Source of the DNA: a virus
Lineage: Duplodnaviria; Caudoviricetes
DNA: 64,000 bases
Direction: 5' to 3' (one strand)
IMG/VR virus record: IMGVR_UViG_3300032221_000294
Location: 35,521-99,520 of that record
Part shown: piece by piece, positions 53,924-62,870 of the stretch
Layout: the number at the start of each line of letters is the position of its first letter
How positions within the stretch are numbered: the first letter of the stretch is position 1
Made by a program: the position numbers and the translations under genes
The notes under the pieces: model-generated
What the model was told of the DNA's origin: nothing
The model's database searches: none
Seen by the model: only the letters and a program-made list of their open reading frames with translations

Positions 53924-54337
53924 TTAACGTTTTTGTGTGAGAATGTTTTTCCAAGCGATCGGAGCAATCTGCTTGAGTGATTTGTCCGGAATACCCACCC
54001 ATGGCCTCGCAGCCATCTTAGATGTTCCGTACTGGTGATATACGCCATACGGGGCGGCTTTCACCTCAAAGCCTTCCCCTTTCGGTAGAATCTCGGCTTC
54101 GTCTTGCATGTATCCCGTTGCCCGCAAAATAGGTTGCCCGGGATGTTTGCGGAGTTTCGCAAGTGCGTATTTTGGCGTGAGGGAAGCCCACGGTCTTCCT
54201 GTCGTGGGGTCGGCTTCCTGCCGCCACGGAACGATATGATCTTTCAAGAGAATAGGAGCCCACTCTTTCTGTGTGGGTTTCCACCAATCTAAATTGAATT
54301 GGGTGAAACCATCCTTCTTAACTTGAAAATTGATCAC
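53924..54337 (-). CDS. Virion morphogenesis/tail completion protein (Mu gpG-like)
   Basis: DPTTGRPWASL.P.Y, IL..TG, YGVYHQYGT.KM.ARPWVGI. Confidence 0.85.
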   Translation of the reverse strand: MINFQVKKDGFTQFNLDWWKPTQKEWAPILLKDHIVPWRQEADPTTGRPWASLTPKYALAKLRKHPGQPILRATGYMQDEAEILPKGEGFEVKAAPYGVYHQYGTSKMAARPWVGIPDKSLKQIAPIAWKNILTQKR

Positions 54338-54762
54338 TTCCGCCTCGAGCTCTTTTTAACCTCTTGCTCTTGCTTTTCTGCAAAGTTTTCAACAATGTTA
54401 ATCATTGTAAGAACTTTGCTCATTGGTTGTTTCTCCAGCCAGTCTACAGTGCTGTCCCAACGTTGTTTACACAAATGGAAAGAAACCTCAAGCCAGTTTT
54501 CGACTGTCAGAACTTTCTCATTGATAACCTCTTCTCCGATCCAGTTGAAGATTTTCTCCGTCTGCGGGAGAGTGAAATAAGCCAGATCGTCCACGTTTTG
54601 TATGAGGCGAGAAATCATTGGGAGCATCCCAGTCTCTTTATTTCGTAAAAGTTGCGCGAAATAAAAATCTTTCGGGCAAAGCTCTCGAACGTGAATGAAG
54701 GTGCCCCCACCAAAACTCAAACGGTAAGAAAAATCTTCAAGATCTTCAACGATTAGTTTGGG
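54334..54762 (-). CDS. Tail assembly chaperone, -1 frameshift extension
   Basis: The -1 frame is open from the slippery site C CCA AAC into ORF 54334..54720. Confidence 0.7.
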   Translation of the reverse strand, partial: PKLIVEDLEDFSYRLSFGGGTFIHVRELCPKDFYFAQLLRNKETGMLPMISRLIQNVDDLAYFTLPQTEKIFNWIGEEVINEKVLTVENWLEVSFHLCKQRWDSTVDWLEKQPMSKVLTMINIVENFAEKQEQEVKKSSRRK

Positions 54763-55079
54763 TCAGAGTCATCCTCCGTTCCGCTTGCCTTGGCAACAAG
54801 ATCGCTAAGCTTCCTGAAATCTTTAACACCGAGGTCAAGGATTTCTTCGTAAGTGATTTTGTCGGAGCCCACAATCAGGCGCTCAATGATCTTCATGCCA
54901 CGCTCAACGTCGCCAGCCTTGCCAAGCTCTTTCTCCATATACAGGAGGTCTCGGCCAGTCATTTCACGGATCTGAATCTCACGACCATCCGAAATTGTGG
55001 TGGAGAATGTTTCGACTATCTTTTGTTTTGGTTCGGCTGCTGGAGTTGATTGTCCAGCATCTGTTGAAATGGTTCGCAT
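54753..55079 (-). CDS. Tail assembly chaperone (Mu gp41/P2 gpE-like)
   Basis: IQIREMTGRDL...ITYEEILDL.VKDF..L; ends DPN*. Confidence 0.8.
   Translation of the reverse strand: MRTISTDAGQSTPAAEPKQKIVETFSTTISDGREIQIREMTGRDLLYMEKELGKAGDVERGMKIIERLIVGSDKITYEEILDLGVKDFRKLSDLVAKASGTEDDSDPN
54756..54762 (-). promoter_or_regulatory. Programmed -1 ribosomal frameshift heptamer CCCAAAC
   Basis: XXXYYYZ heptamer in the correct phase immediately before TAA. Confidence 0.75.
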
Positions 55080-55087
55080 AGTAATTG

Positions 55088-55309
55088 CTAAGTGAATCTG
55101 TCAAGTTTTACCCTCGCTTGGAATAAAGCACTCTCAAGCTCTTCATCGCCCTCGCCGGGGGGCAAGGTTAAGTAAATCCCCTGGGCTGTCTTCCAACTGT
55201 AATTGGCCCCTTCTATGTCGCTTTCGATTCGATCGGCGATATCGCCTATCCAGGTCCACACTAATTCCCTCCGAAATTGAGGATCAATTGGAAGGGGGAA
55301 TGGCGTCAT
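55088..55309 (-). CDS. Hypothetical protein
   Basis: MTPFPLPIDPQF..., ATGA-coupled. Confidence 0.55.
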   Translation of the reverse strand: MTPFPLPIDPQFRRELVWTWIGDIADRIESDIEGANYSWKTAQGIYLTLPPGEGDEELESALFQARVKLDRFT

Positions 55310-55494
55310 AGAGCTTGGGAAATCGTGAACGCTTGCTGAGGAGAGAAATACTCGGAGTTGTAAGCGCAATGGACCGAGGAGGGAATTTCCCTTCCCTTCT
55401 TATCATAGGGAGTGACCAAATAGTAAACTCCAGCGATGCCTACCATTGTTTCCAGAGAAGCTGATGCGACGCGTGACTTGCGTGACTTTTTCAT
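55306..55494 (-). CDS. Hypothetical protein
   Basis: 62 aa, ATGA-coupled to the polymerase stop. Confidence 0.5.
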   Translation of the reverse strand: MKKSRKSRVASASLETMVGIAGVYYLVTPYDKKGREIPSSVHCAYNSEYFSPQQAFTISQAL

Positions 55495-58286
55495 TTAATG
55501 AGACCTTTTTTAATTGCGTTGTAACGAGTGTGAAGCTTTTCGATCGCGCCAATCTCAGAGAGTTCTTGCATCGAGTATTCCACGCCGGACGGCTCTTTAT
55601 CGCCACCAGGATTGGAAGGAGTGACAGTCTTTTCCCGAGGGGACTTGCGAATCCGGTTGTCAATCGCCACGCTTGAGAAGTACGCTCGTGACAAGGGTAG
55701 TTCCGGAATGCCGACTGAGGACTGAAACAGGGACCAGGTGTACATGTGAGCGATTTGAAACAGAACCGCAAACTGCTCAGCGTATCGCTCGGGGGTCATG
55801 AACCAAATCTCGTCATGAATGCTCAGCATGAATCGCGATGGAATCTTGTACTCCTTGGCAAGCCAGTGGATTGAAGTAAGGAAGATCGAAAGGATTTCCG
55901 CACCCGAAGATTGAATCGTCCAGTTCACTCGGCCAGTCTTGAAGTCGGACCCGACAGCAGCAGGTCGCATCGCAGTCGAGATCTTGGTGCCCAAACAAGG
56001 GAGTTGAGGCACACGAGTTCGCATTGCGATCTCTTCCATATAGTTGAAGCAACCGGAGTCGGAACCACCTTCATAGAGTCCGGACCGCTGTTTGCCCTTC
56101 TTGCCTTCCAGAATCCGGTAGGCGAAGTTTTTCACTTCCGTGGGCGACTTCTCAGGGTATTTGCGGCGAATGTAGGTCTGCACAGCACGGACACCAGCTC
56201 CGTATAGAACGGCAAAGCCGGCGATCTTCGCTGTGTCCCGATCCACCCCTGCCAGCTTGGCGAGGGCGCTGTGCGGGTCCGTGCCTGCCTCCTTAGAGCC
56301 ACTCAGAACGTTATAACCGAAAGGTGAACAACCGACGTGACCACCCTCCCACTTATCGCTGTAGATTGAAGCAATCTGCATTTCCTGACCGTCAAAGTCA
56401 GCACCCACAATCTTCCAACCATCTGGAGCTTGAACTCGGGTTTTGAGCTCAGTGCCGATGCGCCAGTTCTTCGTGGAGCACATCGTAACCATCAACGATT
56501 CCACGGTCCTGCGAGTTACCGTGCCGTGGCAAAGGATCTCAGGCAGAGTTACCAGCGAGTCCTCGCCGTGCGGATTGTTGGCCCGCAGGAAGATGCGGTC
56601 CATCACACGCTTACGAACGGAAGTCCAATAGGACACAGAGTTGGCAATCTCGAGTGCGCGTTTGGCTTCAGGAAGGTCGCTGCTGAGACGACCAACCGCC
56701 ATATCTTCAACGAAATCTTTACTCAGCACCCCGCCAACGTTATCGTCATTACCTTTCGGGTGCGGAATCTTTGTGAGATTTGCTTCCTCGTTGTGATAGC
56801 ACCACCCTGAATCCTTTGTGAAGATCATTGGGCTCCCTTCATACTTGAGTTTTAGCATTAGGTGGGCCAGGTTAGACTTCACGCCAATATGCTGGTTCTC
56901 GTCTTTGATGAACGGACGCAGCCAGTTCGGAATGTGCGCATATTTACCTTTCGTAGACTTGACTTCCCAGTCGAGCTGAGAAACCCAAGGATCTTTCCGA
57001 ACCCACCGCTGAGCCGCATCGGGATCGTTGAGATACAGAACCCGCCAGTCTTCGTAAGTTTTCCACACCAGATCCTTACAGATCTGCGTCATCTCGTCGT
57101 TGTATTCTTTGTAGACGCGCTCGACATCTTCAATCCACTCAGACCAGTTGTCTACGAGGGGGATGATTGAACCGTTAAGATGGTAGTGACCGCAGAGGGC
57201 AACCATCGAGGGAGTGCTATCCAGGTATTTGGGCCACAACGCCTGAAACAGCTCGGCAGTGTAGTAAGCATCTTTCAAAGCGTAGTCAACAGCGTCAGTC
57301 AGAACCTGACGAATCTGGGACAAGTGAGTCGCATCCACGAAGATGTTACGGACCTTTTTATCCACGGCGCCAAGCTCTTTTACATCGTTCCCGAAATATT
57401 TCTGTACGGCAGCAACGTGAAAGTTGTAACACTGCACAAGGCTATTCGTAGCGCCTTTGTCAAGCCACTTCGGGGCAAAGCGCAGTTTGCGCTTTTCTTC
57501 CGGAGTTAAACTATCTGGGTCCTTTCCAGCAAGAACGTAGAGCCAGCGTTGCCCGCTGGCCAAACCTGACACGCCGATGTGAGCGGACAGAGTGTCGAAG
57601 TAGAAGTTTTCCGGTGCGGTTTGATCGAGATTGTAACCTTCACGAGCACGAACACGGTCGTAGCTAATGTTGTGACCGGGAATGAAGCGGTTGGTACCAA
57701 TCGGAATCAGTTCGTGTTGGTCCCACTGGTTTTCCGGAATGGTTGGGTCGATTAGTTCCGCAGCCAGCCACACATACGCAGCTTTCTCACTCAGGGCGGT
57801 GCCAATGATCGGAAACGCACCGCCGTGCACATAAGTCTCGGTATCGAACGTGAACGCTTCCTCTTGGGGGAATTCCACTTTCTCGATATACCAGCCACCG
57901 GCAGCTTCATTTTCAACCCACTCGTATCGGGTCCAACCCGCTTCAAACCGAAACTCTTCAGGAGGGGGGAGTGAAGGAAGTTTGCAACGGGAGAATTGAT
58001 CACCGAGCTCTTTGTAGCGGCCAACTTGATCACTGGCAATCTTTTCGAAGTGATCGCGCAAAAAATCACCCTTCAAGTCTGGAAGCGGCAGAGGGCCATC
58101 ATACAGACCTGCAGGGTGATCAACAGGAACAGAGATATTAAAGTCTTTTAGCAGGTTTTCTGCTTTCTGAATGGATAGACGAGACATTTTCTGTGGCTTT
58201 TCGGTGCCAAAGATTTTGTCATGCAGATCGTCTGACAGAACGGGGTATCCAAGTTGAGTTTTCTTCACGGACGTTAGGTTTTTCAT
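55491..58286 (-). CDS. Family A DNA polymerase, mitochondrial Pol gamma-like
   Basis: FDTET, GHNISYDRVR, FDTLSAHIGVSG, GTVTRRTVE, IGTELKTRVQAPDGWKIVGADFDGQE, GTDPHS, RDTAK..FAVLYGAG, RVNWTIQSSG, SIHDE. Confidence 0.95.
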   Translation of the reverse strand: MKNLTSVKKTQLGYPVLSDDLHDKIFGTEKPQKMSRLSIQKAENLLKDFNISVPVDHPAGLYDGPLPLPDLKGDFLRDHFEKIASDQVGRYKELGDQFSRCKLPSLPPPEEFRFEAGWTRYEWVENEAAGGWYIEKVEFPQEEAFTFDTETYVHGGAFPIIGTALSEKAAYVWLAAELIDPTIPENQWDQHELIPIGTNRFIPGHNISYDRVRAREGYNLDQTAPENFYFDTLSAHIGVSGLASGQRWLYVLAGKDPDSLTPEEKRKLRFAPKWLDKGATNSLVQCYNFHVAAVQKYFGNDVKELGAVDKKVRNIFVDATHLSQIRQVLTDAVDYALKDAYYTAELFQALWPKYLDSTPSMVALCGHYHLNGSIIPLVDNWSEWIEDVERVYKEYNDEMTQICKDLVWKTYEDWRVLYLNDPDAAQRWVRKDPWVSQLDWEVKSTKGKYAHIPNWLRPFIKDENQHIGVKSNLAHLMLKLKYEGSPMIFTKDSGWCYHNEEANLTKIPHPKGNDDNVGGVLSKDFVEDMAVGRLSSDLPEAKRALEIANSVSYWTSVRKRVMDRIFLRANNPHGEDSLVTLPEILCHGTVTRRTVESLMVTMCSTKNWRIGTELKTRVQAPDGWKIVGADFDGQEMQIASIYSDKWEGGHVGCSPFGYNVLSGSKEAGTDPHSALAKLAGVDRDTAKIAGFAVLYGAGVRAVQTYIRRKYPEKSPTEVKNFAYRILEGKKGKQRSGLYEGGSDSGCFNYMEEIAMRTRVPQLPCLGTKISTAMRPAAVGSDFKTGRVNWTIQSSGAEILSIFLTSIHWLAKEYKIPSRFMLSIHDEIWFMTPERYAEQFAVLFQIAHMYTWSLFQSSVGIPELPLSRAYFSSVAIDNRIRKSPREKTVTPSNPGGDKEPSGVEYSMQELSEIGAIEKLHTRYNAIKKGLIK

Positions 58287-58319
58287 GATTTATTTTAGTG
58301 GTTTGCCTGCCCAGTAAAC

Positions 58320-58688
58320 TCAGTACGCGGTCAGGTTGTCGATCGGCGGGGCAGGAATTGAGCCGGTTGTGCCGCAAGGAACGATCGCTCTGATTGGTTT
58401 CGTTGGCAAGAATCCTTCGGTGTTAGTCCACCAAATGTTTGTCGGTCTGACGGGGAACCATCTGTATCGCGGAGTACCGTCTGCTTCATAGGAGTAGACG
58501 CAAGGTTGACCCGCGAAGGGTGTCCCAGGGTTAAACTGCAGATTGTCAGTCCGTGTGAAATAGTTTGCGCTATTGTTTGCCCACCCACGCAGGAAGGGGG
58601 CCAAAATGTTACCTAGAAGATCAGTATCAATAGATCCGGCGTCGTACTCGGCGACGGCTTTTGCCATCTGAACAGCACGGGGATTCAT
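58320..58688 (-). CDS. Hypothetical protein
   Basis: 122 aa; variant GGGTAAGA upstream. Confidence 0.6.
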   Translation of the reverse strand: MNPRAVQMAKAVAEYDAGSIDTDLLGNILAPFLRGWANNSANYFTRTDNLQFNPGTPFAGQPCVYSYEADGTPRYRWFPVRPTNIWWTNTEGFLPTKPIRAIVPCGTTGSIPAPPIDNLTAY

Positions 58689-58718
58689 ACACTTTCGTCA
58701 CAGTCAACTAATCTTACC

Positions 58719-58976
58719 CTAAAACACACAGTCCCAACAAAGTTTCCCAGGGTCTTCATCGTACAGTCCAAGATTTCTAGCATCGTTAATTGCCTCAAGG
58801 ATTTCAACGTCATTCTTCAGGCGGCGATGTAACCGAAGGCGCCATAAGGTGTACTCGCGGGCATTTCTCTCAGTTGGCTCAGCAAGATACTTTTGATATC
58901 TGTTCTCAACCGTTTGAACAATGCCGATACCAACTTTCTCGATGAGGTGGTCAACTTTCTGAAGAGCTTTTGCCAT
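58719..58976 (-). CDS. Hypothetical protein
   Basis: TAATG-coupled ORF. Confidence 0.6.
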   Translation of the reverse strand: MAKALQKVDHLIEKVGIGIVQTVENRYQKYLAEPTERNAREYTLWRLRLHRRLKNDVEILEAINDARNLGLYDEDPGKLCWDCVF

Positions 58977-59782
58977 TAGTTTGCGGAGTTGAAGGAGAAC
59001 ATTTTGAGCTCAAAATTGCGAACACCCGAGCTTTCGTAGACGATATCTTTGTTCTTCTTGTAGATCTCGTAGGCGTCGAACACCGGAGAGAAGTGCATCG
59101 GGCGATCAGCAGGGCTGTTCCGCCAAAGAAGCATTTCTTGAAGCGAAAGCGGGACATCGATGTCCCACTGCTCGTCTCGCGAAGAGTACAACAGGGGGAG
59201 GGCGTCATTCCGCCACCAGTCGCAGATCTGCGAGCTGTACTCCTCCCAGGCCAAAGGATCTGTCAGGTGGGTATCGCAAGTTTCGCGTATCCAACTCACA
59301 TACTCACGACCTCTCTCAACGACAAGTTTGGCGCTCGTAGGAACTTCTTCCAGGAAATAAGCTTCCTCATCGCCCTTCACAACCCGCTCAATAATTGCAG
59401 GGAACAGGAAGGACTCGGAGATAAGGCGAAAATCTTCAGCACCTTCGCTAACCGACCGCAGAACAACCTCAAGGATTGACATGGTAGTCGCAATCTGAAG
59501 CTCTTCACCCGAAGCAGAAGCCTTCGGCTTTTCGTTGGACAGACCTTTTCGCAGAAGACTCAGTTCCCGCTCGAGGCGACGAACCTCTCGACCCATCTCC
59601 CTCTCGAGTTTGTTCTTGTAAATCTCCGACTGTGTGGTTAAGTTGTCAAACTTGGTGTCCAGTTTGTCTAGCTCGGCGTCAAAGTGTTCAACGGAAACTT
59701 TAAGATTGGAAAGTTTCTTCTTGAGGGAAGTGACCGAGGAGCGTATTGAATTGGTTGCGTAAAGTAGGTTGTCTGCAGTCAT
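58976..59782 (-). CDS. Hypothetical protein with N-terminal coiled coil
   Basis: 268 aa; heptads in the first ~80 aa. Confidence 0.7.
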   Translation of the reverse strand: MTADNLLYATNSIRSSVTSLKKKLSNLKVSVEHFDAELDKLDTKFDNLTTQSEIYKNKLEREMGREVRRLERELSLLRKGLSNEKPKASASGEELQIATTMSILEVVLRSVSEGAEDFRLISESFLFPAIIERVVKGDEEAYFLEEVPTSAKLVVERGREYVSWIRETCDTHLTDPLAWEEYSSQICDWWRNDALPLLYSSRDEQWDIDVPLSLQEMLLWRNSPADRPMHFSPVFDAYEIYKKNKDIVYESSGVRNFELKMFSFNSAN

Positions 59783-60336
59783 CAGATCGGGCGAATCGTT
59801 GCTCTAAGTTGGTCTGTGTTCACGTCGATCACCTCGACGTTAAACGAGTATAGGCGCTCAGGCTCGCTAAGTAAGTGAAAACTTCCTTCAAAGCGGTCGC
59901 CATCCCGAGAACGCAAGTAAAAGTTACCAGGGGTAGGCGGAGAGCAGAGTGCGATATTTCCGGAAAATTCCGGATTAGACTCTTCAATCGCTGCGACAAG
60001 CCTTTGGTAAATTGCGGAAGCGGCTGCCATCTCACTGTCATCTGAGAACTGGGCTCTCATTTCCCCCTCAATCGCCTCTAAGCTGGCTGCAATTCCACTG
60101 TCAAGTACAATCTCGAAAGCAGCACCTTCGTCCCGTGCAAGAAAACAAACTTCCTCGGAGTCAAAGGCACATTCGTCGGGATCCTCAAAATCTTGGAAAC
60201 CATGCTCCAGAAGCTCGTAGAAGGTTTCCTTCAGAACGTCGGCGTCAGGGCCACCCAAGTAGTTGGAGATGGCGTGAAAAATGCGGGGGTTGGCAAGCAA
60301 ACGAGCCACCGGATAAATAAGCTGTTGTTCGTCCAT
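59782..60336 (-). CDS. Acidic hypothetical protein
   Basis: 184 aa, TGATG-coupled. Confidence 0.7.
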   Translation of the reverse strand: MDEQQLIYPVARLLANPRIFHAISNYLGGPDADVLKETFYELLEHGFQDFEDPDECAFDSEEVCFLARDEGAAFEIVLDSGIAASLEAIEGEMRAQFSDDSEMAAASAIYQRLVAAIEESNPEFSGNIALCSPPTPGNFYLRSRDGDRFEGSFHLLSEPERLYSFNVEVIDVNTDQLRATIRPI

Positions 60337-60406
60337 TACAGTGCTCTCACGAAACAGTATAGCGATAACGCCGGTTGGTAATCGTTTAACATGGTTTTAC
60401 CCGGTG

Positions 60407-62401
60407 TCACAGCTTAACCTCCTCAAGGTTGGCCACCTTGATCCCTTTCGCCCCAGGTCGACCTTGCTTCACAGTGCTTACACTCAGCTCTACCTTCTTC
60501 TTACGGGACGAAACCCAAGCAACAGGGTAAGAGCCTTCACCAAGGTACACAAACTCAGCTTCAGAAGGGAGAAACAGTTTGCCCTTGCTGGTTGCCTTGC
60601 ACAGATCCTCACCGTTGAGCACAACCGCTTTTAATTGGCCCTCCAGTTTGAAGACACACAGGTACTTTCGCTGAGAAACTTCGACTTCACGTTTTGCGAG
60701 GGCCACAGGACCATAGCCTGAAGAGATTGGGCCTTTGAAAGTTGCTCCAACCTTCTTTAGTATGCCGTCTTGGGTCATTAAAACCACTTTTTCTTTTGCG
60801 TCGACTACCATCGCACCCCGTGGTCCTTTGGCTTGCTCAACAACGCCTTTTTTCAAATCAATCTTGAGAAACCGTGGCTTAGGCGAGGCTGGAGGCCTCT
60901 TTTGCCCGGTCGTGGGGCCGACGGCGACGCTTCCGGCGGGAGGGTCCACCAGGGCGCTCCTGCGGGCCTCTCCGTGGCGTTTGGCCAGCTCCGTGATTTG
61001 TGTGTAGGCCCACTGGTGACGCACCTCTTTGTTCTTTACCAGCTCGTCAAGAGTTTTCAGTTGTTCCTCAAGGGTTTGCTTCTCGCTTTCTAGCTCAGCC
61101 TGGTCAAGACCAGTTAGCTGACGAAGGCGCATCTCGAGGATTGCCTCGGCTTGATCTCGAGTGAACTTAAACGGGCGGTCAACAAGGGCAACCAAAGCTT
61201 CCCTCTTTGACGCCGACTCTTTGATCTTCTTGATGATCGCGTCAATCTTATCGATGGCTTTGATGAAGCCCATCACGATCTCAAGCCGCCGTTCTGTTAG
61301 GTCTAGCTCTTGAGAGAACTTTCGCTCCAGGCGAACCATTCGCCACGAGAACCATTTCTGACAAATTTCAACTGGGCTGAGCTCAACGGGTCGCGTACCG
61401 TCAATAACCAGCGTTTTTGCTGAATAACGAGTGTCAAGATCGGTGTATGCGTAGAGTTGCTCAAGCAGCGGCTCAGTTCCGATATTGGCCTTCGCAATAA
61501 CTGTGACACGGTCTCCGGAGAGATCAGATTCGTCGATAACTTCTGCGATACCGTCGATCTTTCCTTTCTCCAGAGCGTCGCGAACCTGCTCACCGAGTTT
61601 CTCAGGGTTGACCCCAGGCGGGAAATGCGTGAATGTAAGTGTGAGGCGATCTTTTGCCTTGCCACCTCGTTTCTGTACGCCTGACTCGTGCTTAGCGCGG
61701 CAACGAATGTTGCCAGAGCCCGTTTCTTTGTACCTTTTAAGTTCTTCGTCATTGACAATGTCGCACCCAGTAGGGAAGTCGGGGATTAGGAGTTCGCGTG
61801 CTTTTGCCTCCTTTGGGGACTTAAGATCGCACGCAAGTTTGGTTGCCTCCACAACTGCTCGCAGAGAGTGCGGTGCCAGCTTAGTTGCGAAGCCCACGGC
61901 AATTCCTGTGTCACCGTTTAGTAACACGGAGGGAATCGCAGTGTTAAACCACACTGCCTCCTGACGGGAACCGTCGTAGTTTGGCCTTGTTTCCCAAGTT
62001 GCTTTGTCCTGTAAAAGCAATTCAACAGCGGAGGGTCGCAGTTTACACTCGGTGTAACGGGCGGCGGCGGGACCGTCAACGGTGCTACCGAAGTTGCCGT
62101 GCCCGTCAACCCACGGAACGTTATTGTTCCACGATGTGGACATGTTGACCAGGGTGCCGTAACAATCGCCGTGAGGGTGGTAGTAACCCATCGCAAGGCC
62201 AGTTACGCGGGCGCACTTCACGTAGCGTTTGTCGGGCATCAAACCCTCCTCAAGCATCGTCTGAAGGACGCGGCGCTGGGCAGGTTTTAACCCGTCATAC
62301 ATGTCTGGAATGGCTCGCCCAAGAAGGACGGCCATTGAGTACGCCATGTAATCCTCCTTCATTTGGGAGGTTAGGCTGGTTGTCGTGAGCTTTTCTGTCA
62401 T
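60407..62401 (-). CDS. Type IIA topoisomerase (gyrase/topo IV) subunit A
   Basis: RAIPD.YDGLKPAQRR, YHPHGD, GHGNFGS, AAARYTE (catalytic Tyr), GIAVGFAT, PDFPTG, QAEAILEMRLRQLTGL. Confidence 0.95.
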   Translation of the reverse strand: MTEKLTTTSLTSQMKEDYMAYSMAVLLGRAIPDMYDGLKPAQRRVLQTMLEEGLMPDKRYVKCARVTGLAMGYYHPHGDCYGTLVNMSTSWNNNVPWVDGHGNFGSTVDGPAAARYTECKLRPSAVELLLQDKATWETRPNYDGSRQEAVWFNTAIPSVLLNGDTGIAVGFATKLAPHSLRAVVEATKLACDLKSPKEAKARELLIPDFPTGCDIVNDEELKRYKETGSGNIRCRAKHESGVQKRGGKAKDRLTLTFTHFPPGVNPEKLGEQVRDALEKGKIDGIAEVIDESDLSGDRVTVIAKANIGTEPLLEQLYAYTDLDTRYSAKTLVIDGTRPVELSPVEICQKWFSWRMVRLERKFSQELDLTERRLEIVMGFIKAIDKIDAIIKKIKESASKREALVALVDRPFKFTRDQAEAILEMRLRQLTGLDQAELESEKQTLEEQLKTLDELVKNKEVRHQWAYTQITELAKRHGEARRSALVDPPAGSVAVGPTTGQKRPPASPKPRFLKIDLKKGVVEQAKGPRGAMVVDAKEKVVLMTQDGILKKVGATFKGPISSGYGPVALAKREVEVSQRKYLCVFKLEGQLKAVVLNGEDLCKATSKGKLFLPSEAEFVYLGEGSYPVAWVSSRKKKVELSVSTVKQGRPGAKGIKVANLEEVKL

Positions 62402-62667
62402 TCGGTTTTCGGAAGGGAGCGAATTCGCTCGATCAGGGTGTTTACATCGTCAACAGTGCAGAACCGAATCACATCAGCTGTGATATCAGTGTCGCAGGTC
62501 AAGTGCGAATGCCTACCCTCATTATGGGTGAGCACACCAACTTCGTAAAGCCGCACCTCGGCACTCTTCTGTTCCGGGATAACGGAAATTCCGTATCCGT
62601 TGTCAAACAATTCTTTGTATTGCAATCCGAAACGGTGAGTGAAAGTTTGCAGGTCTTCAAGTTTCAT
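62398..62667 (-). CDS. Small phage protein
   Basis: FDNGYGISVI...LYEVGVL...TDIT.DVI pattern common in phage early regions. Confidence 0.65.
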   Translation of the reverse strand: MKLEDLQTFTHRFGLQYKELFDNGYGISVIPEQKSAEVRLYEVGVLTHNEGRHSHLTCDTDITADVIRFCTVDDVNTLIERIRSLPKTE

Positions 62668-62870
62668 TCTTCAAACAACTCCATGAATTCTTCCTCGGTG
62701 GTGTTATCTTCAATTGCTCCAATCAGTTCTTCGTCCGTGTAACTTCCGAGGTAGTCCAGTTGGATATCGCAAAAGAACCGCTCAAGATCACGGTAAGACA
62801 TTCCATCAAGATAACGGTCAACAAGAAACTCTGCGAGAGCGGAACGCTTTTCAAGTGTTAAAGAAGTCAT
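62664..62870 (-). CDS. Small acidic phage protein
   Basis: VDRYLDGMS..DL...YTDEEL. Confidence 0.6.
   Translation of the reverse strand: MTSLTLEKRSALAEFLVDRYLDGMSYRDLERFFCDIQLDYLGSYTDEELIGAIEDNTTEEEFMELFEE

Larger units (their letters stand above)
1619..60402 (-). promoter_or_regulatory. Dispersed GGGTAAAA motif, putative phage late promoter
   Basis: Minus-strand copies start at 1619, 2079, 2791, 7569, 7989, 11925, 14516, 16897, 17589, 18345, 19857, 22575, 30080, 40417, 43186, 46281, 47715, 53107, 55106, 60395; plus-strand copy at 22609; all precede gene starts. Confidence 0.8.

Noticed and set aside
61650-61685. QKRGGKA resembling a GyrA-box
   Set aside because: Lies in the core domain, not at the start of the CTD; not used to call gyrA over parC
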